From a virus (lineage: Duplodnaviria > Caudoviricetes): 49,850 bases of DNA. The notes under the pieces were generated by a model that was not told the DNA's origin, ran no database searches, and worked only from the letters and a program-made list of their open reading frames with translations. Within the stretch, counting starts at the first letter, position 1. Each line of letters begins with the position of its first letter. Shown here piece by piece: positions 27,431 to 36,884 of this stretch. The stretch is taken from positions 1-49,850 of the IMG/VR virus record IMGVR_UViG_3300048577_000528; one strand, written 5' to 3'. Position numbers and translations under genes: made by a program.

Positions 27431-28285
27431 ATGAGAAATAATATGATAAAAACCGTAAACTCGAATGATAAAGCTGTTATTTTTTTGAGTCATAAATCCG
27501 ATGACAAGGAATTCGCTGACATACTTGAAGAATTTGTTTCGGGACTTGGTGTGCGAGAGAACCAATTGATATATACAACTCATCCACTTCACAAAATCCC
27601 TTTTGGTCATAACACATATGATTACTTAAGAGAAAATATTAACAACGAAATATTTATGATATTTCTCATATCAGAGAAATATCTTGATAGCGCTGCTTGC
27701 TTAAGTGAGATGGGTGCAGCATGGGCAATGCGAAGTGATTATGCTTGTTTCTTTATCCCCGACTTTAACTTTAATAATCCAAAATTTCAGGCCTGCCCAA
27801 TAGACACTAAAAAAATAGGCATTATATTAAACGGAGATATGATTTGTAAGGCTGGCATTATTGAGTTCAAAAATAAGATCCTCAGTCTATTTAACCTTCC
27901 AGTAAGTGAAGCAAAATCAATGTTTCTTATTGATAAGGTTATAGAACAAATTAAAAGGGTGAAAAACGCCAGGATTACAAACCATACTGATAATAAATCT
28001 TGTATTGACATTGATGCGCTTACAAATTCCGAGATGAAAATATTACGTAGATTCTTTTCAAAATCACTAAATGAATTTTCACCTGTACCTCAGATAATCT
28101 CAGCCGAAGTCAATACTTCTCAGGTAGTTCGCAAGCTCTGTGACAGAAACATTTTAGAAGATTTAACTGATGCAGAGCGCTTTATGAAGTATGATGGTTT
28201 TGGTGTTTCATATTCTTTAAATAAAGATGCGGTCATAGAACTCAACAAAATAAAGGACGACATTATGGGTACTCCAAATGCTTAA
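27431..28285 (+). CDS. TIR-domain protein with C-terminal winged helix (putative defence moron)
   Basis: IFLSHKSDD, FLISEKYLDSAACLSEMGAAW with the catalytic Glu; AT-rich; antisense. Confidence 0.85.
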   Translation: MRNNMIKTVNSNDKAVIFLSHKSDDKEFADILEEFVSGLGVRENQLIYTTHPLHKIPFGHNTYDYLRENINNEIFMIFLISEKYLDSAACLSEMGAAWAMRSDYACFFIPDFNFNNPKFQACPIDTKKIGIILNGDMICKAGIIEFKNKILSLFNLPVSEAKSMFLIDKVIEQIKRVKNARITNHTDNKSCIDIDALTNSEMKILRRFFSKSLNEFSPVPQIISAEVNTSQVVRKLCDRNILEDLTDAERFMKYDGFGVSYSLNKDAVIELNKIKDDIMGTPNA

Positions 28286-28308
28286 TTGCATTTACGTTAT
28301 ACGCATAA

Positions 28309-28476
28309 TCAACCCCGCTTCTTATCAGGGTTGGTATTTTTCATTTGCATCTGAGTTTTCACCCTGCCGCCATGCTGATCGTACTTGAACTCATAAATAC
28401 AAAAAGGCAATGAGCATCCCAGCTTGTCGCAGGGCAGCCGATACGGGCATTTTCTGCAGATAACAGTCCGGTCCAT
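28309..28476 (-). CDS. Small Cys-rich hypothetical protein, first gene of the late operon
   Basis: CRKCPY..PC...GCSLPFC; GAGGG RBS. Confidence 0.4.
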   Translation of the reverse strand: MDRTVICRKCPYRLPCDKLGCSLPFCIYEFKYDQHGGRVKTQMQMKNTNPDKKRG

Positions 28477-28496
28477 CTCATTCCCTCGCATAATGG

Positions 28497-28534
28497 GAGG
28501 AAGCCACCCTGTCGCAATCCAGGGTGGCTTCCTC
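28497..28534. repeat. 15-bp perfect inverted repeat (hairpin) in the late leader
   Basis: GAGGAAGCCACCCTG-TCGCAATC-CAGGGTGGCTTCCTC. Confidence 0.85.
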
Positions 28535-28554
28535 ATTCAGAAGATTCTATTTTA

Positions 28555-28615
28555 CACTATCAAAATAGCACCTTTATATTGGTATGTCATTTTAATGTTT
28601 TTGTAATGAGCATTT
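28555..28615 (-). promoter_or_regulatory. Putative late promoter activated by the ArpU/RinA-like protein
   Basis: - strand ATGACA-17 bp-(TG)cTATTTT immediately after the activator stop, preceded by the direct repeat CATTACAAAAA/CATTAAAA. Confidence 0.5.
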
Positions 28616-28620
28616 GTGGC

Positions 28621-29178
28621 TTAGCATATGCCAAAAAGCAGGGCTGAAAACATTTCCTTGGATTCCTTCAAGTCGTTATAAATCGATTCCGGACTGACAT
28701 TTTCATCCCGGGCAATATCGGCGACCGTCATCGGCTGCTCGGCTAAATAGCGATTGAAAAGGGCCCGGTATTTTCTTACTTCCTCCGGACGAACAGAGCT
28801 GACGCAATATGCCTCATAAACAGCTGCCATCCTCCGGACGTGCTGGACGATCGTTGCCGTCCGGATCGCGCTTTCTTGAATGCTCTCGATCTTGACTGTT
28901 TCCTTATCGGTTCGCAGAAGCAGGTCGAGGATCTGGGCGGCGTCCTCATCGATGGCCCTGGCGTCAAATATGGCGTTCTCCGCCATCAGCCGCCACATCG
29001 GGTATTTCTTGAGGATGTCCTCGGTTGCTTCAAGCCGCCGTTTTTGAGCGTCGACCCGCTGCCTTTCCCGCTCCTTGTCGATCTGCTCCAAGGCCACCCG
29101 CGCCCCGACTTCAGCAGCCTTGCGGATAATGTCGTCGTTAATATTATTCTTCGTTGTCTTGGCACACGATTTTGCCAT
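28621..29178 (-). CDS. ArpU/RinA-like late transcription activator
   Basis: C-terminal sigma-4-like HTH (NRYLAEQPMTVADIARDENVSPESIYNDLK); position at the end of the early region. Confidence 0.75.
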   Translation of the reverse strand: MAKSCAKTTKNNINDDIIRKAAEVGARVALEQIDKERERQRVDAQKRRLEATEDILKKYPMWRLMAENAIFDARAIDEDAAQILDLLLRTDKETVKIESIQESAIRTATIVQHVRRMAAVYEAYCVSSVRPEEVRKYRALFNRYLAEQPMTVADIARDENVSPESIYNDLKESKEMFSALLFGIC

Positions 29179-29229
29179 GTGATGTCGCCTCCACAAAAAT
29201 ATGGTATATTATCCTTGAGGTGATAATAA

Positions 29230-29970
29230 ATGAAAGTGCTTGGGAAACATATTTCAGATAATGCTGAACGTTTTATAAAAGAATTCACTTCTTCACTTAA
29301 TAAACCATTTCACTTTGTTGAATTGCCAGAGAGTGCTCCTCAGTGGGGTCGAATTGGAAATAATCCCGGAGAATATCTAATAGGTATTAAGACTAAAATG
29401 CCAGATGATGCTTTTGAGTTTACTTTGTGCCATGAAGTATTTCATGCATATCAATTAGCGGTTGGTTTTCCAAATGTAATAGATGAATCCGAAAACCTAC
29501 CTGATATTAAAGAGTTTTGCGAACGTTTACGTAGTAACATTCTTGATCTGTCGGCTGACGATGCTGTCAGATCATATGGTTTGTATGACACATTTGTTAT
29601 GAAAAGAAGATTCACACAAATCATGGAACTTGCCGCTTCAGAATTTGCTATTATTAATAACCAATATGCTAAGGACCTTTTATCAATAGACCTCTTACTA
29701 GACATGCATAACTTAGACGAAAACAAGAAGCAACCTATTCTTGATATTCTAAGCCGTGTTCGTTCTGATGTATTTGCGCTATATTCTGAATTTCATGTTA
29801 TTATTACAGAAAATGGTTATGACTCGCCCAAAGGTTGCTTTAATATCATGGGTTATATCATTAATAGAATAGGTCTATGGAATCATTGTAGTATAGAGTA
29901 TTGTAATAAAAACATCAGAAGTTATCAGCGTTTCAAAGAATATTGCACAAGAAATCCAATGACCATTTAA
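29230..29970 (+). CDS. HEXXH metalloprotease-like moron protein
   Basis: FTLCHEVFHAYQ; AT-rich; antisense; extended -10 TGGTATATT and GAGGTG RBS. Confidence 0.65.
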   Translation: MKVLGKHISDNAERFIKEFTSSLNKPFHFVELPESAPQWGRIGNNPGEYLIGIKTKMPDDAFEFTLCHEVFHAYQLAVGFPNVIDESENLPDIKEFCERLRSNILDLSADDAVRSYGLYDTFVMKRRFTQIMELAASEFAIINNQYAKDLLSIDLLLDMHNLDENKKQPILDILSRVRSDVFALYSEFHVIITENGYDSPKGCFNIMGYIINRIGLWNHCSIEYCNKNIRSYQRFKEYCTRNPMTI

Positions 29971-30494
29971 AAACTAACTATCTCGTCCCTCTGGCTTAAA
30001 AGATGAACCGCTTGATCATAGGCCTTCTTTACAATATCGAAATGATCAACTGCGCCGCCCGCGTCAGGGTGCGCTATTTTTACGAGGTCCTTCCAGCGCG
30101 CCTTCAGCTGAACTGATGTCGGGTAATCCACAAACCCAAGGATCCTGAAGCATTCGGGTATCGTTGTCGGAGTAGGAAGCGCCAGCATGCCTTTAATCCA
30201 TGTTTGCAACTCATATATGCCCCGCTCGGCCATCCGGGCCAAATCCTCAAGGGCGATAACCAGCTGGGCGAAGGCCTGTGACCCACTCGTCAGTTTCTGT
30301 CCTGATTTCTGGGCCTTTTCAATCGAATGATCAAACCGGTACAATTGCCCTTTCAGCTTGAATTCGATATATGAGCTGCGGAGACCGTAATCAAACGTAT
30401 ATTCACCTTCCTTAACCCCGAACCTGGCCATAACGTTTTTTAACTTGGATTGATAATAGGACGCGGCTTGATATGTATTTTTCTTGGTAGCCAT
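29967..30494 (-). CDS. J-domain-containing phage protein
   Basis: C-terminal CFRILG...LKARWKDLVKIAHPDAGG...VKKAYDQA (HPD motif). Confidence 0.85.
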   Translation of the reverse strand: MATKKNTYQAASYYQSKLKNVMARFGVKEGEYTFDYGLRSSYIEFKLKGQLYRFDHSIEKAQKSGQKLTSGSQAFAQLVIALEDLARMAERGIYELQTWIKGMLALPTPTTIPECFRILGFVDYPTSVQLKARWKDLVKIAHPDAGGAVDHFDIVKKAYDQAVHLLSQRDEIVSF

Positions 30495-30612
30495 TTGGAT
30501 TTCCTCCGTTCAGCCCATATGAGCCTTTATGATGCAAAGTCGGTTTTACGGCGCCCGTCCGGGCAACTGCATTCTTCATAATTTGACCGCAGCGCCATGA
30601 TGACCTTGTCCA

Positions 30613-31668
30613 TCAGCTTGCCTTCAGCCGGACTGGGAGGACCATGGACATCTGATCACCGTCACGGAGTGTCATCGCCCCGGTGTCAGTACCCAGCCCG
30701 ATCTCGATATTCTCACAATCGAAGTACCGGAGCGCGTCATGCAGGAATTGCGCGTTGAAGCCGATGAGCAGCGATCCGTTATATGCTGTCTCCAGCTTTA
30801 CGGCTTCCGCATAATCCGAAGATGGCGTGCTGAGGGATATTCCGATCTCTTTATCCGCGAATTCAAGCTTTACTTTGCTTTTCAGCCGGTTGTCCATGCA
30901 GATCATCGCCCGGTGAATGCATGTCAGCAGGTCCTTCCGGTTGGCAATCACCGTGGTTTTGTAATCGGGTATCGACTTTTGATACTGCAGATAGTTGCCT
31001 TCCAGCAGTCGGGTGAAGACAGTGTATTCTGCCGACCGAAATATGGCCCTTTTTGTATCGAAGGATATCTCGACATCCCCGGTCAGCCCGACCGACAGCA
31101 TTTTTTGGACAGACTCCCTGGGCACAATGAAGCTGAAGGATCCGTCCATCTTGATTTTGTTCCAGGCGATCCGGTACCCGTCGCAGCCCACAAAATTCAA
31201 CGCACCATCGGTTGCCTCGAAATAGACGCCCATTAAGGCGGGACGGCTTGGGTTGACAGATACTGCGTAGAGCACCGAGGAAACTGCGTATGTCAGCTGC
31301 TCGCTGTCGATGGTGATCGGCGCCCCTTCGGAAACGCTCGGTATGTCCGGATAATCCGCGACGGCGGCAGTGGCAAACCGGTTCTTGATCGACCGCGTTT
31401 TAATGATGAGGTTGGATTCCTCATCGGTGTAAAGCTCAATGGGGCCGTCAGGAAGCGCGTCGATCATGTCGACAGCCTTCGCCGGAATGATGAACTGTTC
31501 ATCCGATATGATGTTCAGCTTTGCCGTAATGCCGTATTCCAGGTTATAAGCCGTCAGGTACCCGTCTTTCAGGAGCACGCCCTGCAGTGCGGGAATCGTC
31601 GATTTCGTCGTAATTGCGCTTTTAATCTTGCCGAGCTTCGCCGCGATTTCGGATTTATCGATAATCAT
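30613..31668 (-). CDS. dnaN: DNA polymerase III beta sliding clamp (phage copy)
   Basis: IPALQGVLL, RPALMGVYF, GCDGYRIA, TRLLEGNY, IGFNAQFL and MVLPVR motifs; 351 aa. Confidence 0.92.
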   Translation of the reverse strand: MIIDKSEIAAKLGKIKSAITTKSTIPALQGVLLKDGYLTAYNLEYGITAKLNIISDEQFIIPAKAVDMIDALPDGPIELYTDEESNLIIKTRSIKNRFATAAVADYPDIPSVSEGAPITIDSEQLTYAVSSVLYAVSVNPSRPALMGVYFEATDGALNFVGCDGYRIAWNKIKMDGSFSFIVPRESVQKMLSVGLTGDVEISFDTKRAIFRSAEYTVFTRLLEGNYLQYQKSIPDYKTTVIANRKDLLTCIHRAMICMDNRLKSKVKLEFADKEIGISLSTPSSDYAEAVKLETAYNGSLLIGFNAQFLHDALRYFDCENIEIGLGTDTGAMTLRDGDQMSMVLPVRLKAS

Positions 31669-32207
31669 GCTGACATCACCCCATCAAAGATTAATATGTA
31701 ACCGTTATATTCCGGGAGCCTGTAGGGCTCCAGTTCTTCCCTGCTCATGTACTTGTGCCCGTAAAGCTCTTTCATACGGAGCCAGACCTCCCAAGGTACC
31801 CGGTAGAAATCTCTGAAGCCGAGGGCCACATAGACGAAACACAGAGCGCCAAGCGTGCTGTGCTCGATCAGAGCGCTGGTCTGTTCGCCTGTTACCGTGT
31901 CCTGCTCGATCCTGTCACCCTGGGTAGACTTCGCTTCGAAAACAATGGCTTTACCACCGGCCAGCGTGCCTTTGAAATCCGGCTGCGCTTGCTTTTCAAA
32001 ATGACCCTCAAATACGAGAGCGTTTTTCCTCATCCGCTTTCCGGTCACCTTGAAGGGCTCCGGCGTTTTTTCAACCCGGGCAAGGCCCTTTCTGGAGTAG
32101 AGGTCGCATGCTGCCTCTATGTATTTTTCAAAGAACGCGCCGGCGGACCTGTTCAGCTTGCCCTGCAGCTGCCGCGCCGGATCCTTTTGCTGAAGCATTT
32201 GATTCAT
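31665..32207 (-). CDS. recU: RecU-family Holliday junction resolvase
   Basis: GAFFEKYI, KTPEP, QPDFKG and FEAKST motifs. Confidence 0.85.
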   Translation of the reverse strand: MNQMLQQKDPARQLQGKLNRSAGAFFEKYIEAACDLYSRKGLARVEKTPEPFKVTGKRMRKNALVFEGHFEKQAQPDFKGTLAGGKAIVFEAKSTQGDRIEQDTVTGEQTSALIEHSTLGALCFVYVALGFRDFYRVPWEVWLRMKELYGHKYMSREELEPYRLPEYNGYILIFDGVMSA

Positions 32208-32397
32208 CCTTTTTCACATCCTTCGTGCATCCAGGGCAGAAGTTTTCCGTCCGCCCCGTTTTCTCCGATTTCCTTGTATACCATTTTGCTTTCCGGATCG
32301 CCGCCACAGCATCCTCGAAAGACATCTCCCCGGGCAGTGTGACGGCGCATTCGTCGCAGGTCGGTGTAAATTGCCCATGATACTGTTCGATGGCCAT
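32128..32397 (-). CDS. Small zinc-ribbon protein
   Basis: CDEC ... FCPGC. Confidence 0.5.
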   Translation of the reverse strand: MAIEQYHGQFTPTCDECAVTLPGEMSFEDAVAAIRKAKWYTRKSEKTGRTENFCPGCTKDVKKDESNASAKGSGAAAAGQAEQVRRRVL

Positions 32398-32398
32398 C

Positions 32399-33097
32399 TC
32401 AACCCGGCTCCTTCCGCATCCCCTCCGGCCAGTCCCGGCGCATATTGCTCGATCCGACAATCGGGATGAGGCTATCCTTCATGAAAACCGGTACCCGCTC
32501 GCTGTCGCAGTAGGCGACAATCTGCGATATCCATTCTCGCTGCGGTGTTACCTTCCCCGGCTGGCTTCCGGATTCGGCGCCAATGATCACCCAACTGACA
32601 AAAGGCTCGGCGGCGTTGTTTCGCTTCGACAGGTCGATGGGCCCCTGTATAGGTTCGACGGACAGGAAACTCCGGCTCGGCGGGAGAGATGTCAACCTGA
32701 CAAGTTCACTCTGATTCGTGACCGTCGCGCCGAACCAGACATTCTCCGGCTTCCAGGTGTCGCCCATGGTTTGATACCAGAAGGTCATATAACAACCCGG
32801 CCGTTTGGATAGCAACAGGTATTGATGCTGGGGATTCGCATTGATGGCCGTGATGATCTCCCGTTTCCAATCCGGCTGCCAGTCCGCCGGGTCCGACATG
32901 GATGTCATGAAGATGCGATGTGGATCCTTGTCCGCCAGCTGCTTGAGCCGGTGCGGATAATACTTCGGTTTGGCAAAGTCCTGTCCCGGGTGGAATCGCT
33001 CAAAAATCCTTCTGGCGTAACAGTATGTACATCCGAAGGTGCAGCCGACAACCGGGTTGAGCGTCCGGTCACACCACTCAATTTTCGTGTCATTCAT
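32399..33097 (-). CDS. DUF5131 (phage Gp37/Gp68) radical-SAM-like protein
   Basis: TKIEWCD.TLNPVVGCTFGCTYCYA, SMSD, SVEP, WVIIGAESG and VPVFMK motifs. Confidence 0.9.
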   Translation of the reverse strand: MNDTKIEWCDRTLNPVVGCTFGCTYCYARRIFERFHPGQDFAKPKYYPHRLKQLADKDPHRIFMTSMSDPADWQPDWKREIITAINANPQHQYLLLSKRPGCYMTFWYQTMGDTWKPENVWFGATVTNQSELVRLTSLPPSRSFLSVEPIQGPIDLSKRNNAAEPFVSWVIIGAESGSQPGKVTPQREWISQIVAYCDSERVPVFMKDSLIPIVGSSNMRRDWPEGMRKEPG

Positions 33098-33672
33098 AGC
33101 CGTGCCTCTATTGCGGCTTCTGCGGCTTCACTGGTTAGAAACCATACCTGCCCCAATTGCTTGATGCTTACTGCAACCCAGTCACCAAGATGAAACACAG
33201 GAAGGCCGTTATAATTAACACTAATACCCTGTATGCGTAACTTGTGAATATCCATTGTGTTTAAGTCGAGATACCACGCGTCGTCACCCACCTTACACGG
33301 CAAAACCACGCAACGCCCAGCACCGTCAGCCTCTGCGACTTCTTTTAACCTGTCGACGCTGATGCGTTCGTTGCCGGATTCGTCGTATAAGATATCCTCG
33401 TATTTTTTCAAATGCGCCCTGTTCTCCGCAGCCTGAGTACCAAGGTAATACATGATCGCTATAGGACAATCGCATTCGAGGCCGTTTTCAAGGATTTCTT
33501 CGCCGTCTGTTTTACAGCCCTTTTCGCAACAGCATTTTGCAGTATAATCGTTCAAAGGCACCGATTCTTCGCCGTCTGCCCAACGGAGCTTTGCCACCAT
33601 CTCATCTGCGTAACAGTAGTTCATAACTGAATCAAAATTGGTTTGCGGAGTGTCGGTTGTCATTCTAGTCAT
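33094..33672 (-). CDS. Phage hypothetical protein
   Basis: LKKYED, GRCVVLPCKVGD and WFLTSEAAEAA motifs, common in Clostridia phage early genes. Confidence 0.7.
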   Translation of the reverse strand: MTRMTTDTPQTNFDSVMNYCYADEMVAKLRWADGEESVPLNDYTAKCCCEKGCKTDGEEILENGLECDCPIAIMYYLGTQAAENRAHLKKYEDILYDESGNERISVDRLKEVAEADGAGRCVVLPCKVGDDAWYLDLNTMDIHKLRIQGISVNYNGLPVFHLGDWVAVSIKQLGQVWFLTSEAAEAAIEARL

Positions 33673-34045
33673 GTGCTGTCCCCTCCCTCAAAATTGCCAG
33701 GTCATAACCGCTGTCAACAAACCTGAGGCTCCTTTTCCGACTGATACTATTGCCGAGACGATCATATATCTCCATCATGTCGTCCTGGGTAAAGCTAGTG
33801 CCGAGAAAAGTGTTAATCCCCTCCATGTGGTATTTCTGAGAACGCTTGTCGATGGATTTCGCTGCTTCTCTGGATAACCATTCCAGCACCTTGCATTTCA
33901 GAACCCGTTCCGACAAAACGTCTTCAAGGAGAAAATATGTATTCCTCTTCGGGTACACGATGAGCTCAAAGTTCATATTGATAAAGGATTGCGGAAACGC
34001 TTCCCGCAACCGGCTACGGATTTCATGTTTGAATATAAGGCTCAT
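33665..34045 (-). CDS. Phage hypothetical protein
   Basis: FPQSFIN..ELI...KCKVLEWLSR...IYDRLGN; coupled overlaps with neighbours. Confidence 0.65.
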   Translation of the reverse strand: MSLIFKHEIRSRLREAFPQSFINMNFELIVYPKRNTYFLLEDVLSERVLKCKVLEWLSREAAKSIDKRSQKYHMEGINTFLGTSFTQDDMMEIYDRLGNSISRKRSLRFVDSGYDLAILREGTAHD

Positions 34046-34364
34046 GACCTTCTCCCTCCTGTCTCGCTTCGTCTGGAGCTTTACTATCAAAAGCACCGCA
34101 ACAAACAACATCTTCTTCTATGTATTTACTAGGTAAAATGTCATTATTATGAAAACTCAAGGGCTCTCTCCTGCAGCATCTTTTACCGTCTTCCATATAA
34201 AACGCGCGGCAATCCTCACAACGGGTTGTTTGCGCATCAGGTCCTTCTCCCCATTCTTCAGCGCATCGCTTACTGTCGGGAATAAAATAAACACATTCAT
34301 CCCCTGAAACATCGCACCTGTATCTACCCTCGTCGTGATCGTATTTTGCTGCTTTACATGCCAT
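34023..34364 (-). CDS. Cys-rich phage hypothetical protein
   Basis: Multiple Cys clusters; AAGGAGG RBS. Confidence 0.6.
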   Translation of the reverse strand: MACKAAKYDHDEGRYRCDVSGDECVYFIPDSKRCAEEWGEGPDAQTTRCEDCRAFYMEDGKRCCRREPLSFHNNDILPSKYIEEDVVCCGAFDSKAPDEARQEGEGHEPYIQT

Positions 34365-34376
34365 ATGAAATCCTCC

Positions 34377-36884
34377 TTATCCCGCCTCGTCGACCATTTC
34401 CAGGTCGAACAGTGTCGGCATGTCGCGCTTGTCCTCTTCCGCCTGGCAGTAGCCGACGCCATCCCGGAAGTAGTCGGTGTTGAGCTCAATCCCGTAGCCG
34501 CGGCGGCCGTGCTTGATGGCCCGGACCGGGACGGTGAAGATACCGGCGAAAGGATCCAGTATGTCATCGCCTTCGTTGGTGAACCGGATAATAAACCGGT
34601 CGACAATATCTATCTGTAACGGGCAGACATGAAGCTCCCGGCGCCCGAGCCTCTGATCCTTGTTGAGCGTGTTCATGCGGTTGATGTCGTCCCAGATGGA
34701 ATCATCCCAACTGCCCGGAGCCACGACCATGAAGCTGGCCGGCAGCTTTCCGCTGATGTCAAGTTCTTTGGCCAGAGCCACATGCTCTTCGTAGCTGTAA
34801 ACGTTTTCCCGGGAGTATTTACGGTAAGCGGCCTGCAGCTTGTCCACTGGAATGGCCTTCAGCTCGTCTTTTGTCATAAACCTGTCTCCGGAGGACCGCC
34901 AGAAGGCGTGGGCATCAATCTGCCACTGCGACCTTTGGTAATCCGTTTTTGCCTTGACAACCGGTTCGTCGGCGTAGCCGTTGCTGGTGTCGCTGGGCAG
35001 CTTCCGTAACAGCAGCAGGTACTCCGGGCAGCCGACGCCCATTTTTGAAGCGTCCTTGCATTGTTCCGTCCAGCCGAGACGGTAGGTCTGTGCGTTTTCC
35101 CGGACGACATCGGTAAGAATCGGGATCCTGCCGATAAACCGAAAGCCGTGCTTGATGAAATGTGCTACCGTCATGTCGGAGAAAGGCTCCACCGACGGGA
35201 AGCCGTCCCCGGTGACATTACCGAACAGTATCCTGTCCTTAACATGGATGCCGGCGATTCTGCCCGGCTTCAGCACCCGGAGCAGCTGCGGCGTGAGATA
35301 ATCCATTTGATCAAAAAACACGCCGTCGCTCTCGTTGTACCCGAAATCATTGTAGCTGGCGGAATACTCATAATGGTTGCCGAAGGGTATGGAGGTCAGT
35401 ATCGCTCCCATTGAATTGTCCGGCATCTGCTCAAGCTCCAAAACGCAGTCGTTATTGACGGCCGTGAAATGCTCGCTTTTGATTTCCACTCGATCAACCC
35501 CTATGCTCCGGGCCAGCTTCTCCATCATGGAAGGATTCGAAAGCCCGTGTTTTCTGATGATTTCCGTCATTTGCCCGGTCAGCTCTTCGTACTGCTTCCA
35601 CTTCTCCAGCAGTACCCGGAGAATTTGATCCTCACCGTCGGTATAGATGATGTCGATGATCACCCGCTCTGACTGCAGGAACCTGTATATCCGGTGGATG
35701 GCTTGAATAAAGTCATTAAATTCATAATCGATGCCCACGAAGATCGCCCGGTGGCAGTGCCGCTGAAAATTGCATCCAGATCCTGAAAGCTCCTTTTTGG
35801 TGGCGAACAACCGCGACCGCCCTTCCGAGAAGTCAATGACCCGCTGTTCTCTGAGGTCCAGGTCCTGGCTGCCGTAGATGTCGACCGCTTCCGGCAGCGC
35901 CCGCTTGATCGCCCGGCGCTCCTCCTCAAGGTCGTGCCATAATATGAAATGATCCTCCGGATTTGCGTTGACGATCTCGGCTGCCTTATTAACCCGCTCG
36001 CCGATGGTATCCTTCTTGATGGCCATCGCATCGGCCAGTGAGACTGACGCATCCCGCATGATCTTCATCTGGCCGTCACGGTCTGTCACCGGCGCCGCCT
36101 GCTGGACTTCGATACGGTGGTACCGGACTTCCATCGGCGGCAGTATGTATCCGTCGTCGGAATAACTGAGGTCGGACGGCTTGGTGACAAACAACGCCCA
36201 GGAGGAAAGCCAGAGGTAGAATTCCTTTTCCTTGTGAGGGTAAAGCGTCAGGTTGTTGGCTTTTGAGCTGTCCCGCTGGAAGAATCGTGTCAGAGCTTGT
36301 CCTGTGTCCATGATCTCCAGGAACCCGGCGTAATGGATCATTTCCTTATACCGGTTCGGCGCCGGCGTTGCTGTGTTCGCAAATTTGAAGCGGACCCCTT
36401 TGAACTTATCCAGAAACGTCTGGTAGGTCTTGGAGCCATAGGACCGGAGTACTGCAGCCTCATCCAAATTCGTCACCGTGAAGTACGTCGGGTCGATATC
36501 CCCGTCCCGGACCCGCTCATAATTCGTGAGCAGGATGCTGCCGGCCGCTGCTCGGACCTCGTCCATATTCCGGACATACTGCGGGGCCTCGATGCCCAGG
36601 AGTTCCACCGCATCCCGGCGAAATTCCTGCTTCACCCCGAGAGGCAGGACAATCAGCGCCTGTCCGCCGAAATGCTTTACCATCAGCCGGCTGACCTCAA
36701 GCTGCTCCAGCGTCTTCCCAAGTCCAAAGCTGGAGAAGTTCGCCCGCCTGCCGCCCCGGCACATCCAGAGCACCGTATCCCGCTCGTGTGGCTTCAGGAT
36801 CGGATTGACTTCATCCGGTGATATCTCAATCCCGGCATCCGGCGCGATATCAATCTTCGATCGAAGGAAATCTATGTATTGCAT
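34377..36884 (-). CDS. SNF2-type helicase fused to an N4/N6 DNA methyltransferase
   Basis: GLGKT, TNYER, LDEA, TATPAPN and QAIHRIYRF (helicase); TSIPF, HVCPLQ and LDPFAGI (MTase). Confidence 0.92.
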   Translation of the reverse strand: MQYIDFLRSKIDIAPDAGIEISPDEVNPILKPHERDTVLWMCRGGRRANFSSFGLGKTLEQLEVSRLMVKHFGGQALIVLPLGVKQEFRRDAVELLGIEAPQYVRNMDEVRAAAGSILLTNYERVRDGDIDPTYFTVTNLDEAAVLRSYGSKTYQTFLDKFKGVRFKFANTATPAPNRYKEMIHYAGFLEIMDTGQALTRFFQRDSSKANNLTLYPHKEKEFYLWLSSWALFVTKPSDLSYSDDGYILPPMEVRYHRIEVQQAAPVTDRDGQMKIMRDASVSLADAMAIKKDTIGERVNKAAEIVNANPEDHFILWHDLEEERRAIKRALPEAVDIYGSQDLDLREQRVIDFSEGRSRLFATKKELSGSGCNFQRHCHRAIFVGIDYEFNDFIQAIHRIYRFLQSERVIIDIIYTDGEDQILRVLLEKWKQYEELTGQMTEIIRKHGLSNPSMMEKLARSIGVDRVEIKSEHFTAVNNDCVLELEQMPDNSMGAILTSIPFGNHYEYSASYNDFGYNESDGVFFDQMDYLTPQLLRVLKPGRIAGIHVKDRILFGNVTGDGFPSVEPFSDMTVAHFIKHGFRFIGRIPILTDVVRENAQTYRLGWTEQCKDASKMGVGCPEYLLLLRKLPSDTSNGYADEPVVKAKTDYQRSQWQIDAHAFWRSSGDRFMTKDELKAIPVDKLQAAYRKYSRENVYSYEEHVALAKELDISGKLPASFMVVAPGSWDDSIWDDINRMNTLNKDQRLGRRELHVCPLQIDIVDRFIIRFTNEGDDILDPFAGIFTVPVRAIKHGRRGYGIELNTDYFRDGVGYCQAEEDKRDMPTLFDLEMVDEAG

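Noticed and set aside
17172-28285. SIR2 plus TIR interpreted as a Thoeris system
   Set aside because: The SIR2 protein lacks a SLOG domain and is coupled to HerA; the TIR gene is ~9 kb away
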